Shown piece by piece: positions 10,401 through 24,541 of a DNA stretch of 64,000 nt. The DNA lies in the NCBI GenBank assembly GCA_964016885.1, contig OZ024741.1, forward strand, positions 40,486,001 to 40,550,000. The letters are read 5' to 3'. The DNA comes from Eledone cirrhosa (lineage: Eukaryota). The position numbers and the translations under genes are program-made. How positions within the stretch are numbered: the first letter of the stretch is position 1; every line of letters starts with the position of its first letter. Below the pieces are notes generated by a model, which saw nothing but the letters and a program-made list of their open reading frames with translations, made no database searches and was not told the origin of the DNA.

Positions 10401-13400
10401 TAACAACAGCTCAGTATCATGGTGTGCTCTCTAACATCCAGAGAATAGTAACAACAGCTCAGTATCACGGTGTGCTCTCTACCATCCAGAGAATAGTAAC
10501 AACAGCTCAGTATCACGGTGTGCTCTCTACCATCCAGAGAATAGTAACAACAGCTCAGTATCGCGGTGTGCTCTCTACCATCCAGAGAATAGTAACAACA
10601 GCACGGTATCACGGTGTGCTCTCTACCATCCAGAGAATAGTAACAACAGCCCAGTATCACGGTGTGCTCTCTACCATCCAGAGAATAGTAACAACAGCCC
10701 AGTATCACGGTGTGCTCTCTACCATCCAGAGAATAGTAACAACAGCTCAGTATCGCGATGTGCTCTCTACCATCCAGAGAATAGTAACAACAGCCCAGTA
10801 TCACGGTGTGTTCCCTACCATCCAGAGAATAGTAACAACAGCCCAGTATCACGGTGTGCTCTCTACCATCCAGAGAATAGTAACAACAGCTCAGTATCGC
10901 GGTGTGCTCTCTACCATCCAGAGAATAGTAAGAACAGCTCAGTATCACGGTGTGCTCTATACCATCCAGAGAATAGTAACAACAGCCCAGTATCACGGTG
11001 TGCTCTCTACCATCCAGAGAATAGTAACAACAGCTCAGTATCACGGTGTGCTCTCTACCATCCAGAGAATAGTAACAACAGCTCAGTATCACGGTGTGCT
11101 CTCTACCATCCAGAGAATAGTAAGAACAGCTCAGTATCACGGTGTGCTCTCTACCATCCAGAGAATAGTAACAACAGCACGGTATCACGGTGTGCTCTCT
11201 ACCATCCAGAGAATAGTAACAACAGCCCAGTATCACGGTGTGCTCTCTACCATCCAGAGAATAGTAAGAACAGCACGGTATCACGGTGTGCTCTCTACCA
11301 TCCAGAGAATCGTTACAACAGCTCAGTATCGCGGTGTGCTCTCTACCATCCAGAGAATAGTAAGAACAGCTCAGTATCGCGGTGTGCTCTCTACCATCCA
11401 GAGAATAGTAACAACAGCTCAGTATCACGGTGTGCTCTCTAACATCCAGAGAATAGTAAGAACAGCTCAGTATCGCGGTGTGCTCTCTACCATCCAGAGA
11501 ATTGTAAGAACAGCTCAGTGTCACGGTGTGCTCTCTAACATCCAGAGAATAGTAACAACAGCTCAGTATCACGGTGTGCTCTCTAACATCCAGAGAATAG
11601 TAAGAACAGCTCAGTATCGCGGTGTGCTCTCTACCATCCAGAGAATAGTAAGAACAGCTCAGTATCACGGTGTGCTCTCTAACATCCAGAGAATAGTAAG
11701 AACAGCTCAGTATCACGGTGTGCTCTCTACCATCCAGAGAATAGTAACAACAGCACGGTATCACGGTGTGCTCTCTACCATCCAGAGAATAGTAACAACA
11801 GCCCAGTATCACGGTGTGCTCTCTACCATCCAGAGAATAGTAAGAACAGCACGGTATCACGGTGTGCTCTCTACCACCCAGAGAATAGTAACAACAGCTC
11901 AGTATCGCGGTGTGCTCTCTACCATCCAGAGAATAGTAACAACAGCTCAGTATCACGGTGTGCTCTCTAACATCCAGAGAATAGTAAGAACAGCTCAGTA
12001 TCGCGGTGTGCTCTCTACCATCCAGAGAATAGTAACAACAGCTCAGTATCACGGTGTGCTCTCTAACATCCAGAGAATAGTAAGAACAGCTCAGTATCGC
12101 GGTGTGCTCTCTACCATCCAGAGAATAGTAAGAACAGCTCAGTATCACGGTGTGCTCTCTACCATCCAGAGAATAGTAACAACAGCCCAGTATCACGGTG
12201 TGTTCTCTACCATCCAGAGAATAGTAACAACAGCACGGTATCACGGTGTGCTCTCTACCATCCAGAGAATAGTAACAACAGCACGGTATCACGGTGTGCT
12301 CTCTACCATCCAGAGAATAGTAACAACAGCTCAGTATCACGGTGTGCTCTCTACCATCCAGAGAATAGTAACAACAGCTCAGTATCACGGTGTGCTCTCT
12401 ACCATCCAGAGAATAGTAACAACAGCCCAGTATCACGGTGTGCTCTCTACCATCTAGAGAGTAGTAACAACAGCCCAGTATCACGGTGTGCTCTCTACCA
12501 TCCAGAGAATAGTAACAACAGCACGGTATCACGGTGTGCTCACTACCATCCAGAGAATAGTAACAACAGCCCAGTATCACGGTGTGCTCTCTACCATCCA
12601 GAGAATAGTAACAACAGCCCAGTATCACGGTGTGCTCTCTACCATCCAGAGAATAGTAACAACAGCTCAGTATCGCGGTGTGCTCTCTACCATCCAGAGA
12701 ATAGTAAGAACAGCTCAGTATCACGGTGTGCTCTCTACCATCCAGAGAATAGTAACAACAGCCCAGTATCACGGTGTGCTCTCTACCATCCAGAGAATAG
12801 TAACAACAGCTCAGTATCACGGTGTGCTCTCTACCATCCAGAGAATAGTAACAACAGCTCAGTATCACGGTGTGCTCTCTACCATCCAGAGAATAGTAAG
12901 AACAGCTCAGTATCACGGTGTGCTCTCTACCATCCAGAGAATAGTAACAACAGCACGGTATCACGGTGTGCTCTCTACCATCCAGAGAATAGTAACAACA
13001 GCCCAGTATCACGGTGTGCTCTCTACTATCCAGAGAATAGTAAGAACAGCACGGTATCACGGTGTGCTCTCTACCATCCAGAGAATAGTAACAACAGCTC
13101 AGTATCGCGGTGTGCTCTCTACCACCCAGAGAATAGTAAGAACAGCTCAGTATCGCGGTGTGCTCTCTACCATCCAGAGAATAGTAACAACAGCTCAGTA
13201 TCACGGTGTGCTCTCTAACATCCAGAGAATAGTAAGAACAGCTCAGTATCGCGGTGTGCTCTCTACCATCCAGAGAATAGTAAGAACAGCTCAGTGTCAC
13301 GGTGTGCTCTCTAACATCCAGAGAATAGTAAGAACAGCTCAGTATCACGGTGTGCTCTCTACCATCCAGAGAATAGTAACAACAGCTCAGTATCACGGTG

Positions 13401-16400
13401 TGCTCTCTAACATCCAGAGAATAGTAAGAACAGCTCAGTATCACGGTGTGCTCTCTACCATCCAGAGAATAGTAACAACAGCTCAGTATCACGGTGTGCT
13501 ATCTACCATCCAGAGAATAGTAACAACAGCTCAGTATCGCGGTGTGCTCTCTACCATCCAGAGAATAGTAACAACAGCACGGTATCACGGTGTGCTCTCT
13601 ACCATCCAGAGAATAGTAACAACAGCCCAGTATCACGGTGTGCTCTCTACCATCTAGAGAATAGTGACAACAGCCCAGTATCACGGTGTGCTCTCTACCA
13701 TCCAGAGAATAGTAACAACAGCACGGTATCACGGTGTGCTCTCTACCATCCAGAGAATAATAACAACAGCCCAGTATCACGGTGTGCTCTCTACCATCCA
13801 GAGAATAGTAAGAACAGCTCAGTATCACGGTGTGCTCTCTACCATCCAGAGAATAGTAACAACAGCTCAGTATCACGGTGTGCTCTCTACCATCCAGAGA
13901 ATAGTAACAACAGCCCAGTATCACGGTGTGCTCTCTACCATCTAGAGAGTAGTAACAACAGCCCAGTATCACGGTGTGCTCTCTACCATCCAGAGAATAG
14001 TAACAACAGCACGGTATCACGGTGTGCTCTCTACCATCCAGAGAATAGTAACAAAAGCCCAGTATCACGGTGTGCTCTCTACCATCAAGAGAATAGTAAC
14101 AACAGCTCAGTATCGCGGTGTGCTCTCTACCATCCAGAGAATAGTAAGAACAGCCCAGTATCACGGTTTGTTCTCTACCATCCAGAGAATAGTAACAACA
14201 GCCCAGTATCACGGTGTGCTCTCTACCATCCAGAGAATAGTAACAACAGCTCAGTATCGCGGTGTGCTCTCTACCATCCAGAGAATAGTAAGAACAGCTC
14301 AGTATCACGGTGTGCTCTATACCATCCAGAGAATAGTAACAACAGCCCAGTATCACGGTGTGCTCTCTACCATCCAGAGAATAGTAACAACAGCTCAGTA
14401 TCACGGTGTGCTCTCTACCATCCAGAGAATAGTAACAACAGCTCAGTATCACGGTGTGCTCTCTACCATCCAGAGAATAGTAAGAACAGCTCAGTATCAC
14501 GGTGTGCTCTCTACCATCCAGAGAATAGTAACAACAGCACGCTATCACGGTGTGCTCTCTACCATCCAGAGAATAGTAACAATAGCCCAGTATCACGGTG
14601 TGCTCTCTACTATCCAGAGAATAGTAAGAACAGCACGGTATCACGGTGTGCTCTCTACCATCCAGAGAATAGTAACAACAGCTCAGTATCGCGGTGTGCT
14701 CTCTACCATCCAGAGAATAGTAAGAACAGCTCAGTATCGCGGAGTGCTCTCTACCATCCAGAGAATAGTAACAACAGCTCAGTATCACGGTGTGCTCTCT
14801 AACATCCAGAGAATAGTAAGAACAGCTCAGTATCGCGGTGTGCTCTCTACCATCCAGAGAATAGTAAGAACAGCTCAGTGTCACGGTGTGCTCTCTAACA
14901 TCCAGAGAATAGTAAGAACAGCTCAGTATCACGGTGTGCTCTCTACCATCCGGAGAATAGTAACAACAGCTCAGTATCACGGTGTGCTCTCTAACATCCA
15001 GAGAATAGTAACAACAGCTCAGTATCACGGTGTGCTCTCTACCATCCAGAGAATAGTAACAACAGCTCAGTATCACGGTGTGCTCTCTACCATCCAGAGA
15101 ATAGTAACAACAGCTCAGTATCGTGGTGTGCTCTCTACCATCCAGAGAATAGTAACAACAGCACGGTATCACGGTGTGCTCTCTACCATCCAGAGAATAG
15201 TAACAACAGCCCAGTATCACGCTGTGCTCTCTACCATCTAGAGAATAGTAACAACAGCCCAGTATCACGGTGTGCTCTCTACCATCCAGAGAATAGTAAC
15301 AACAGCACGGTATCACGGTGTGCTCTCTACCATCCAGAGAATAGTAACAACAGCCCAGTATCACGGTGTGCTCTCTACCATCCAGAGAATAGTAAGAACA
15401 GCTCAGTATCACGGTGTGCTCTCTACCATCCAGAGAATAGTAACAACAGCTCAGTATCACGGTGTGCTCTCTACCATCCAGAGAATAGTAACAACAGCCC
15501 AGTATCACGGTGTGCTCTCTACCATCTAGAGAGTAGTAACAACAGCCCAGTATCACGGTGTGCTCTCTACCATCCAGAGAATAGTAACAACAGCACGGTA
15601 TCACGGTGTGCTCTCTACCATCCAGAGAATAGTAACAAAAGCCCAGTATCACGGTGTGCTCGCTACCATCCAGAGAATAGTAACAACAGCTCAGTATCGC
15701 GGTGTGCTCTCTACCATCCAGAGAATAGTAAGAACAGCCCAGTATCACGGTTTGTTCTCTACCATCCAGAGAATAGTAACAACAGCCCAGTATCACGGTG
15801 TGCTCTCTACCATCCAGAGAATAGTAACAACAGCTCAGTATCGCGGTGTGCTCTCTACCATCCAGAGAATAGTAAGAACAGCTCAGTATCACGGTGTGCT
15901 CTATACCATCCAGAGAATAGTAACAACAGCCCAGTATCACGGTGTGCTCTCTACCATCCAGAGAATAGTAAGAACAGCTCAGTATCACGGTGTGCTCTAT
16001 ACCATCCAGAGAATAGTAACAACAGCCCAGTATCACGGTGTGCTCTCTACCATCCAGAGAATAGTAACAACAGCTCAGTATCACGGTGTGCTCTCTACCA
16101 TCCAGAGAATAGTAACAACAGCTCAGTATCACGGTGTGCTCTCTACCATCCTGAGAATAGTAAGAACAGCTCAGTATCACGGTATGCTCTCTACCATCCA
16201 GAGAATAGTAACAACAGCACGATATCACGGTGTGCTCTCTACCATCCAGAGAATAGTAACAACAGCCCAGTATCACGGTGTGCTCTCTACCATCCAGAGA
16301 ATAGTAAGAACAGCACGGTATCACGGTGTGCTCTCTACCATCCAGAGAATAGTAACAATAGCTCAGTATCGCGGTGTGCTCTCTACCATCCAGAGAATAG

Positions 16401-19400
16401 TAAGAACAGCTCAGTATCGCGGTGTGCTCTCTACCATCCAGAGAATAGTAACAACAGCTCAGTATCACGGTGTGCTCTCTAACATCCAGAGAATAGTAAG
16501 AACAGCTCAGTATCGCGGTGTGCTCTCTACCATCCAGAGAATAGTAAGAACAGCTCAGTGTAACGGTGTGCTCTCTAACATCCAGAGAATAGTAACAACA
16601 GCTCAGTATCACGGTGTGCTCTCTAACATCCAGAGAATAGTAAGAACAGCTCAGTATCGCGGTGTGCTCTCTACCATCCAGAGAATAGTAAGAAGAGCTC
16701 AGTATCACGGTGTGCTCTCTAACATCCAGAGAATAGTAAGAACAGCTCAGTATCAAGGTGTGCTCTCTACCATCCAGAGAATAGTAACAACAGCACGGTA
16801 TCACGGTGTGCTCTCTACCATCCAGAGAATAGTAACAACAGCCCAGTATCACGGTGTGCTCTCTACCATCCATTGAATAGTAAGAACAGCACGGTATCAC
16901 GGTGTGCTCTCTACCACCCAGAGAATAGTAACAACAGCTCAGTATCGCGGTGTGCTCTCTACCATCCAGAGAATAGTAAGAACAGCTCAGTATCACGGTC
17001 TGCTCTCTAACATCCAGAGAATAGTAAGAACAGCTCAGTATCGCGGTGTGCTCTCTACCATCCAGAGAATAGTAAGAACAGCTCAGTATCACGGTGTGCT
17101 CTCTACCATCCAGAGAATAGTAACAACAGCACGGTATCACGGTGTGCTCTCTACCATCCAGAGAATAGTAACAACAGCACGGTATCACGGTGTGCTCTCT
17201 ACCATCCAGAGAATAGTAACAACAGCTCAGTATCGCGGTGTGCTCTCTACCATTCAGAGAATAGTAAGAACAGCTCAGTATCACGCTGTGCTCTCTACCA
17301 TCCAGAAAATAGTAAGAACAGCACGGTATCACGGTGTGCTCTCTACCATCCAGAGAATAGTAAGAACAGCCCAGTATCACGGTTTGTTCTCTACCATCCA
17401 GAGAATAGTAACAACAGCCCAGTATCACGGTGTGCTCTCTACCATCCAGAGAATAGTAACAACAGCTCAGTATCGCGGTGTGCTCTCTACCATCCAGAGA
17501 ATAGTAAGAACAGCTCAGTATCACGGTGTGCTCTATACCATCCAGAGAATAGTAACAACAGCCCAGTATCACGGTGTGCTCTCTACCATCCAGAGAATAG
17601 TAACAACAGCTCAGTATCACGGTGTGCTCTCTACCATCCAGAGAATAGTAACAACAGCTCAGTATCACGGTGTGCTCTCTACCATCCAGAGAATAGTAAG
17701 AACAGCTCAGTATCACGCTGTGCTCTCTACCATCCAGAGAATAGTAAGAACAGCTCAGTATCACGGTGTGCTCTCTACCATCCAGAGAATAGTAACAACA
17801 GCCCAGTATCACGGTGTGCTCTCTACCATCCAGAGAATAGTAAGAACAGCTCAGTATCACGGTGTGCTCTCTACCCTCCAGAGAATAGTAAGAACAGCTC
17901 AGTATCACGGTGTGCTCTCTACCATCCAGAGAATAGTAAGAACAGCTCAGTATCACGGTGTGCTCTCTACCATCCAGAGAATAGTAAGAACAGCTCAGTA
18001 TCACGCTGTGCTCTCTACCATCCAGAAAATAGTAACAACAGCTCAGTATCACGGTGTGCTCTCTACCATCTAGAGAATAGTAAGAACAGCTCAGTATCAC
18101 GGTGTGCTCTCTACCATCCAGAGAATAGTAACAACAGCCCAGTATCACGGTGTGCACTCTACCATCCAGAGAATAGTAACAGCAGCACGGTATCAGTGTG
18201 TGCTCTCTACCATCCAGAGAATAGTAACAACAGCCCAGTATCACGGTGTGCTCTCTACCATCCAGAGAATAGTAAGAACAGCTCAGTATCACGGTGTGCT
18301 CTCTACCATCCAGAAAATAGTAAGAACAGCTCAGTATCGCGGTGTGCTCTCTACCATCCAGAGAATAGTAACAACAGCACGGTATCACGGTGTGCTCTCT
18401 ACCATCCAGAGAATAGTAACAACAGCCCAGTATCACGGTGTGTTCTCTACCATCCAGAGAATAGTAAGAACAGCTCAGTATCAAGGTGTGTTCTCTACCA
18501 TCCAGAGAATAGTAACAACAGCTCAGTATCACGGTGTGCTCTCTACCATCCAGAGAATAGTAAGAACAGCTCAGTATCGCGGAGTGCTCTCTACCATCCA
18601 GAGAATAGTAACAACAGCTCAGTATCACGGTGTGCTCTCTAACATCCAGAGAATAGTAAGAACAGCTCAGTATCGCGGTGTGCTCTCTACCATCCAGAGA
18701 ATAGTAAGAACAGCTCAGTGTCACGGTGTGCTCTCTAACATCCAGAGAATAGTAAGAACAGCTCAGTATCACGGTGTGCTCTCTACCATCCGGAGAATAG
18801 TAACAACAGCTCAGTATCACGGTGTGCTCTCTAACATCCAGAGAATAGTAACAACAGCTCAGTATCACGGTGTGCTCTCTACCATCCAGAGAATAGTAAC
18901 AACAGCACAGTATCACGGTGTGCTCTCTACCATCCAGAGAATAGTAACAACAGCTCAGTATCGTGGTGTGCTCTCTACCATCCAGAGAATAGTAACAACA
19001 GCACGGTATCACGGTGTGCTCTCTACCATCCAGAGAATAGTAACAACAGCCCAGTATCACGCTGTGCTCTCTACCATCTAGAGAATAGTAACAACAGCCC
19101 AGTATCACGGTGTGCTCTCTACCATCCAGAGAATAGTAACAACAGCACGGTATCACGGTGTGCTCTCTACCATCCAGAGAATAGTAACAACAGCCCAGTA
19201 TCACGGTGTGCTCTCTACCATCCAGAGAATAGTAAGAACAGCTCAGTATCACGGTGTGCTCTCTACCATCCAGAGAATAGTAACAACAGCTCAGTATCAC
19301 GGTGTGCTCTCTACCATCCAGAGAATAGTAACAACAGCCCAGTATCACGGTGTGCTCTCTACCATCTAGAGAGTAGTAACAACAGCCCAGTATCACGGTG

Positions 19401-22400
19401 TGCTCTCTACCATCCAGAGAATAGTAACAACAGCACGGTATCACGGTGTGCTCTCTACCATCCAGAGAATAGTAACAAAAGCCCAGTATCACGGTGTGCT
19501 CTCTACCATCCAGAGAATAGTAACAACAGCTCAGTATCGCGGTGTGCTCTCTACCATCCAGAGAATAGTAAGAACAGCCCAGTATCACGGTTTGTTCTCT
19601 ACCATCCAGAGAATAGTAACAACAGCCCAGTATCACGGTGTGCTCTCTACCATCCAGAGAATAGTAACAACAGCTCAGTATCGCGGTGTGCTCTCTACCA
19701 TCCAGAGAATAGTAAGAACAGCTCAGTATCACGGTGTGCTCTATACCATCCAGAGAATAGTAACAACAGCCCAGTATCACGGTGTGCTCTCTACCATCCA
19801 GAGAATAGTAACAACAGCTCAGTATCACGGTGTGCTCTCTACCATCCAGAGAATAGTAACAACAGCTCAGTATCACGGTGTGCTCTCTACCATCCAGAGA
19901 ATAGTAAGAACAGCTCAGTATCACGGTATGCTCTCTACCATCCAGAGAATAGTAACAACAGCACGATATCACGGTGTGCTCTCTACCATCCAGAGAATAG
20001 TAACAACAGCCCAGTATCACGGTGTGCTCTCTACCATCCAGAGAATAGTAAGAACAGCACGGTATCACGGTGTGCTCTCTACCATCCAGAGAATAGTAAC
20101 AATAGCTCAGTATCGCGGTGTGCTCTCTACCATCCAGAGAATAGTAAGAACAGCTCAGTATCGCGGTGTGCTCTCTACCATCCAGAGAATAGTAACAACA
20201 GCTCAGTATCACGGTGTGCTCTCTAACATCCAGAGAATAGTAAGAACAGCTCAGTATCGCGGTGTGCTCTCTACCATCCAGAGAATAGTAAGAACAGCTC
20301 AGTGTCACGGTGTGCTCTCTAACATCCAGAGAATAGTAACAACAGCTCAGTATCACGGTGTGCTCTCTAACATCCAGAGAATAGTAAGAACAGCTCAGTA
20401 TCGCGGTGTGCTCTCTACCATCCAGAGAATAGTAAGAAGAGCTCAGTATCACGGTGTGCTCTCTAACATCCAGAGAATAGTAAGAACAGCTCAGTATCAA
20501 GGTGTGCTCTCTACCATCCAGAGAATAGTAACAACAGCACGGTATCACGGTGTGCTCTCTACCATCCAGAGAATAGTAACAACAGCCCAGTATCACGGTG
20601 TGCTCTCTACCATCCATTGAATAGTAAGAACAGCACGGTATCACGGTGTGCTCTCTACCACCCAGAGAATAGTAACAACAGCTCAGTATCGCGGTGTGCT
20701 CTCTACCATCCAGAGAATAGTAAGAACAGCTCAGTATCACGGTCTGCTCTCTAACATCCAGAGAATAGTAAGAACAGCTCAGTATCGCGGTGTGCTCTCT
20801 ACCATCCAGAGAATAGTAAGAACAGCTCAGTATCACGGTGTGCTCTCTACCATCCAGAGAATAGTAACAACAGCACGGTATCACGGTGTGCTCTCTACCA
20901 TCCAGAGAATAGTAACAACAGCACGGTATCACGGTGTGCTCTCTACCATCCAGAGAATAGTAACAACAGCTCAGTATCGCGGTGTGCTCTCTACCATTCA
21001 GAGAATAGTAAGAACAGCTCAGTATTACGCTGTGCTCTCTACCATCCAGAAAATAGTAAGAACAGCACGGTATCACGGTGTGCTCTCTACCTTCCAGAGA
21101 ATAGTAACAACAGCCCAGTATCACGGTGTGCTCTCTACCATCCAGAGAATAGTAACAACAGCTCAGTATCACGGTGTGCTCTCTACCATCCAGAGAATAG
21201 TAAGAACAGCTCAGTATCACGGTGTGCTCTCTACCATCCAGAGAATAGTAACAACAGCTCAGTATCACGGTGTGCTCTCTACCATTCAGAGAATAGTAAG
21301 AACAGCTCAGTATCACGCTGTGCTCTCTACCATCCAGAAAATAGTAAGAACAGCACGGTATCACGGTGTGCTCTCTACCTTCCAGAGAATAGTAACAACA
21401 GCCCAGTATCACGGTGTGCTCTCTACCATCCAGAGAATAGTAACAACAGCTCAGTATCACGCTGTGCTCTCTACCATCCAGAGAATAGTAAGAACAGCTC
21501 AGTATCACGGTGTGCTCTCTACCATCCAGAGAATAGTAACAACAGCCCAGTATCACGGTGTGCTCTCTACCATCCAGAGAATAGTAAGAACAGCTCAGTA
21601 TCACGGTGTGCTCTCTACCCTCCAGAGAATAGTAAGAACAGCTCAGTATCACGGTGTGCTCTCTACCATCCAGAGAATAGTAAGAACAGCTCAGTATCAC
21701 GGTGTGCTCTCTACCATCCAGAGAATAGTAAGAACAGCTCAGTATCACGCTGTGCTCTCTACCATCCAGAAAATAGTAACAACAGCTCAGTATCACGGTG
21801 TGCTCTCCACCATCTAGAGAATAGTAAGAACAGCTCAGTATCACGGTGTGCTCTTTACCATCCAGAGAATAGTAACAACAGCCCAGTATCACGGTGTGCA
21901 CTCTACCATCCAGAGAATAGTAACAGCAGCACGGTATCAGTGTGTGCTCTCTACCATCCAGAGAATAGTAACAACAGCCCAGTATCACGGTGTGCTCTCT
22001 ACCATCCAGAGAATAGTAAGAACAGCACGGTATCACGGTTTGCTCTCTACCATCCAGAGAATAGTAAGAACAGCTCAGTATCACGGTGTGCTCTCTACCA
22101 TCCAGAAAATAGTAAGAACAGCTCAGTATCGCGGTGTGCTCTCTACCATCCAGAGAATAGTAACAACAGCACGGTATCACGGTGTGCTCTCTACCATCCA
22201 GAGAATAGTAACAACAGCCCAGTATCACGGTGTGTTCTCTACCATCCAGAGAATAGTAAGAACAGCTCAGTATCAAGGTGTGTTCTCTACCATCCAGAGA
22301 ATAGTAACAACAGCTCAGTATCACGGTGTGCTCTCTACCATCCAGAGAATAGTAACAACAGCTCAGTATCACGGTTTGCTCTCTACCATCTAGAGAATAG

Positions 22401-22986
22401 TAAGAACAGCTCAGTATCACGGTGTGCTCTCTACCATCTAGAGAATAGTAAGAACAGCTCAGTATTACGGTGTGCTCTCTACCATCCAGAGAATAGTAAG
22501 AACAGCTCAGTATCACGGTGTGTTCTCTACCATCCAGAGAATCGTAAGAACAGCTCAGTATCATGGTGTGCTCTCTACCATCCAGAGAATAGTAAGAACA
22601 GCTCAGTATCACGGTGTGCTCTCTACCATCCAGAGAACAGTAAGAACAGCTCAGTATCACGGTGTGCTCTCTACCATCTAGAGAATAGTAACAACAGCTC
22701 AGTATCACGGTGTGCTCTCTACCCTCCAGAGAATAGTAAGAACAGCTCAGTATCACGGTGTGCTCTCTAACATCCAGAGAATAGTAACAACAGCTCAGTA
22801 TCACGGTGTGCTCTCTACCATCCAGAGAATAGTAAGAACAGCTCAGTATCACGGCGTGCTCTCTACCATCCAGAGAATAGTAAGAACAGCTCAGTATCAC
22901 GGTGTGCTCTCTACCATCCAGAGAATAGTAACAACAGCTCAGTATCACGGTGTGCTCTCTACCATCCAGAGAATAGTAAGAACAGT
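7483..22986. repeat. 48-bp tandem satellite, 323 monomers; consensus TCAGTATCACGGTGTGCTCTCTACCATCCAGAGAATAGTAACAACAGC
   Basis: First unit starts at 7483 and last at 22939; difference 15456 = 322 x 48; I saw only substitution variants. Confidence 0.98.
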
Positions 22987-23367
22987 ATAAAGAGGATTTA
23001 CGAACAAAATAGTTGAACTCAGAACACTCACTTTAAACGGGGAAGAGTGGGGAAGTGGTATAGTCGGATTGTATGACACATATTCCGGTATAAGAAGAGA
23101 GAAGATTTATATATATGATGGACTCTCCCGTCGATATCCGACGTATGAGTGTCCAACAAACGTTGATGTGAGAAAGTGAACTGATGTTGAACTACCCACA
23201 CAAAGTTTTGTTTTAAGTGGTGAAGGCTTGTGTTAGACAAACCACACTTTTTGGAACTGACGGCACATATCTTCGGTGAAAATGTTTGCCATGGAAAATA
23301 CGACAGCCGTCAAATGTTTATGCCTCGGAATTTAACTTCTCCGTATGAAAACAAAAATATATATATT

Positions 23368-23556
23368 TGGATGGCCGTTGACTCTGCTGAGTTCGTCCAC
23401 CTTTGGCCGGGTCTTGTATTTCATCCCGCAGGGTGTCCTAATACCACCCTCCTCACCAAGCAAGCTTGGTATGGTTGCCGGTTTAGTCACCGACGACCCG
23501 ACCATGAGACAGGTTGTACTGGGTTACATGTTACCAGTAGCACTCGAGAGCGACCT
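23368..23556 (-). mobile_element. Diverged partial copy of the ~610-bp non-autonomous repeat (family A)
   Basis: Shares GACCCGACCATGAGACAGGTTGTACTGGG..ACATGTTACCAGTAG with 30127-30735. Confidence 0.8.
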
Positions 23557-23910
23557 ATATATATACATGTGTATATATATGGAATTTGATATATCTCTTC
23601 GCAAATAATATTGCGAAATGGTTCTATCAAAGACCGTCTGGGTGATGGTAGTTACCACAATACTGGTTTGTATATATTTTTCTTAATTTATTCTTAAATT
23701 GAGTCAAGAAAACCCTATTGTCTGTAGTTAGTATTTTTTTCACCTTACCGATTTTGGTCCATTACCATTTGAACACAATATATATATATGTCTGTGTTCG
23801 TTTTTCTTTTTTTCCTTTTTGTTCAGTTATATACGGCTCGAAAAATCTTTTTCCTAGAGCTAATTTACTGTAATGAGACTATTTTGAGTTTCTAACTCAA
23901 TACATGCTTT

Positions 23911-23972
<62 letters not shown>

Positions 23973-24275
23973 GGAATAGACTGAAACGAAATTTCATTTC
24001 TCACTCTTAGTACGGCACTTACTTAAATGTAAGTATGTATGTATGTATACGTACATACATATATGTATACAGACGTACAGTAGTATGTATATATACACAT
24101 ACATGCACACATATATATATGCACGTATCGGTTTACCGAACATACATATATATATATAGTTGCTAATTACTGTGTTGTTTATCCGCAAATGTTCCGTAAT
24201 TACGTCTCGTTGATAACCAGGTCTAACCAGGTAGAGCATTCCACGTCACTTGTATCAATCCAGCTCAGAGATTAA

Positions 24276-24541
24276 GATAGACGTTACATAATCAAATTTA
24301 TCATTATACGTATTTCTGTGACACCGGTATGGATCTGTTGTGCAATCATTACAACGGTGACCTGCATGAGCGTGACGTCATCAGATGTTAACACAATCAT
24401 GTGGATGGCGTTGGCTAACATGATCATGTTTGCGAAAATACAGAGAACATATATCTGATGACCTCACACTGATGCGCAACAGCTCCGTGCTGGTGTCACA
24501 GAAATACGCATAATAATAAATATGATTACATAACTTCTATC
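24276..24541. mobile_element. MITE with long imperfect TIRs and TTAA target duplication (Kolobok-like)
   Basis: TTAA|GATAG...CTATC|TTAA; roughly 50-70 bp inverted arms including GTATTTCTGTGACACC/GGTGTCACAGAAATAC. Confidence 0.75.

Noticed and set aside
7415-22948. Giant Cys/Tyr-rich ORFs (745, 1270 and 3149 aa; VILSCCYYSLDGREHT repeat) as a structural protein gene
   Set aside because: The unit is 16 codons and stop-free in three frames, so long ORFs are automatic. The common variants are non-synonymous in this frame. Only 8 of 144 single changes create a stop, so two stops among a few dozen variant types is about the neutral expectation. There is no signal peptide or unique domain, and the opposite strand continues a LINE frame. 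Stranded RNA-seq or proteomics would overturn this.
7483-22986. CRISPR-like array
   Set aside because: Units are contiguous with no unique spacers, there are no cas genes, and the context is eukaryotic
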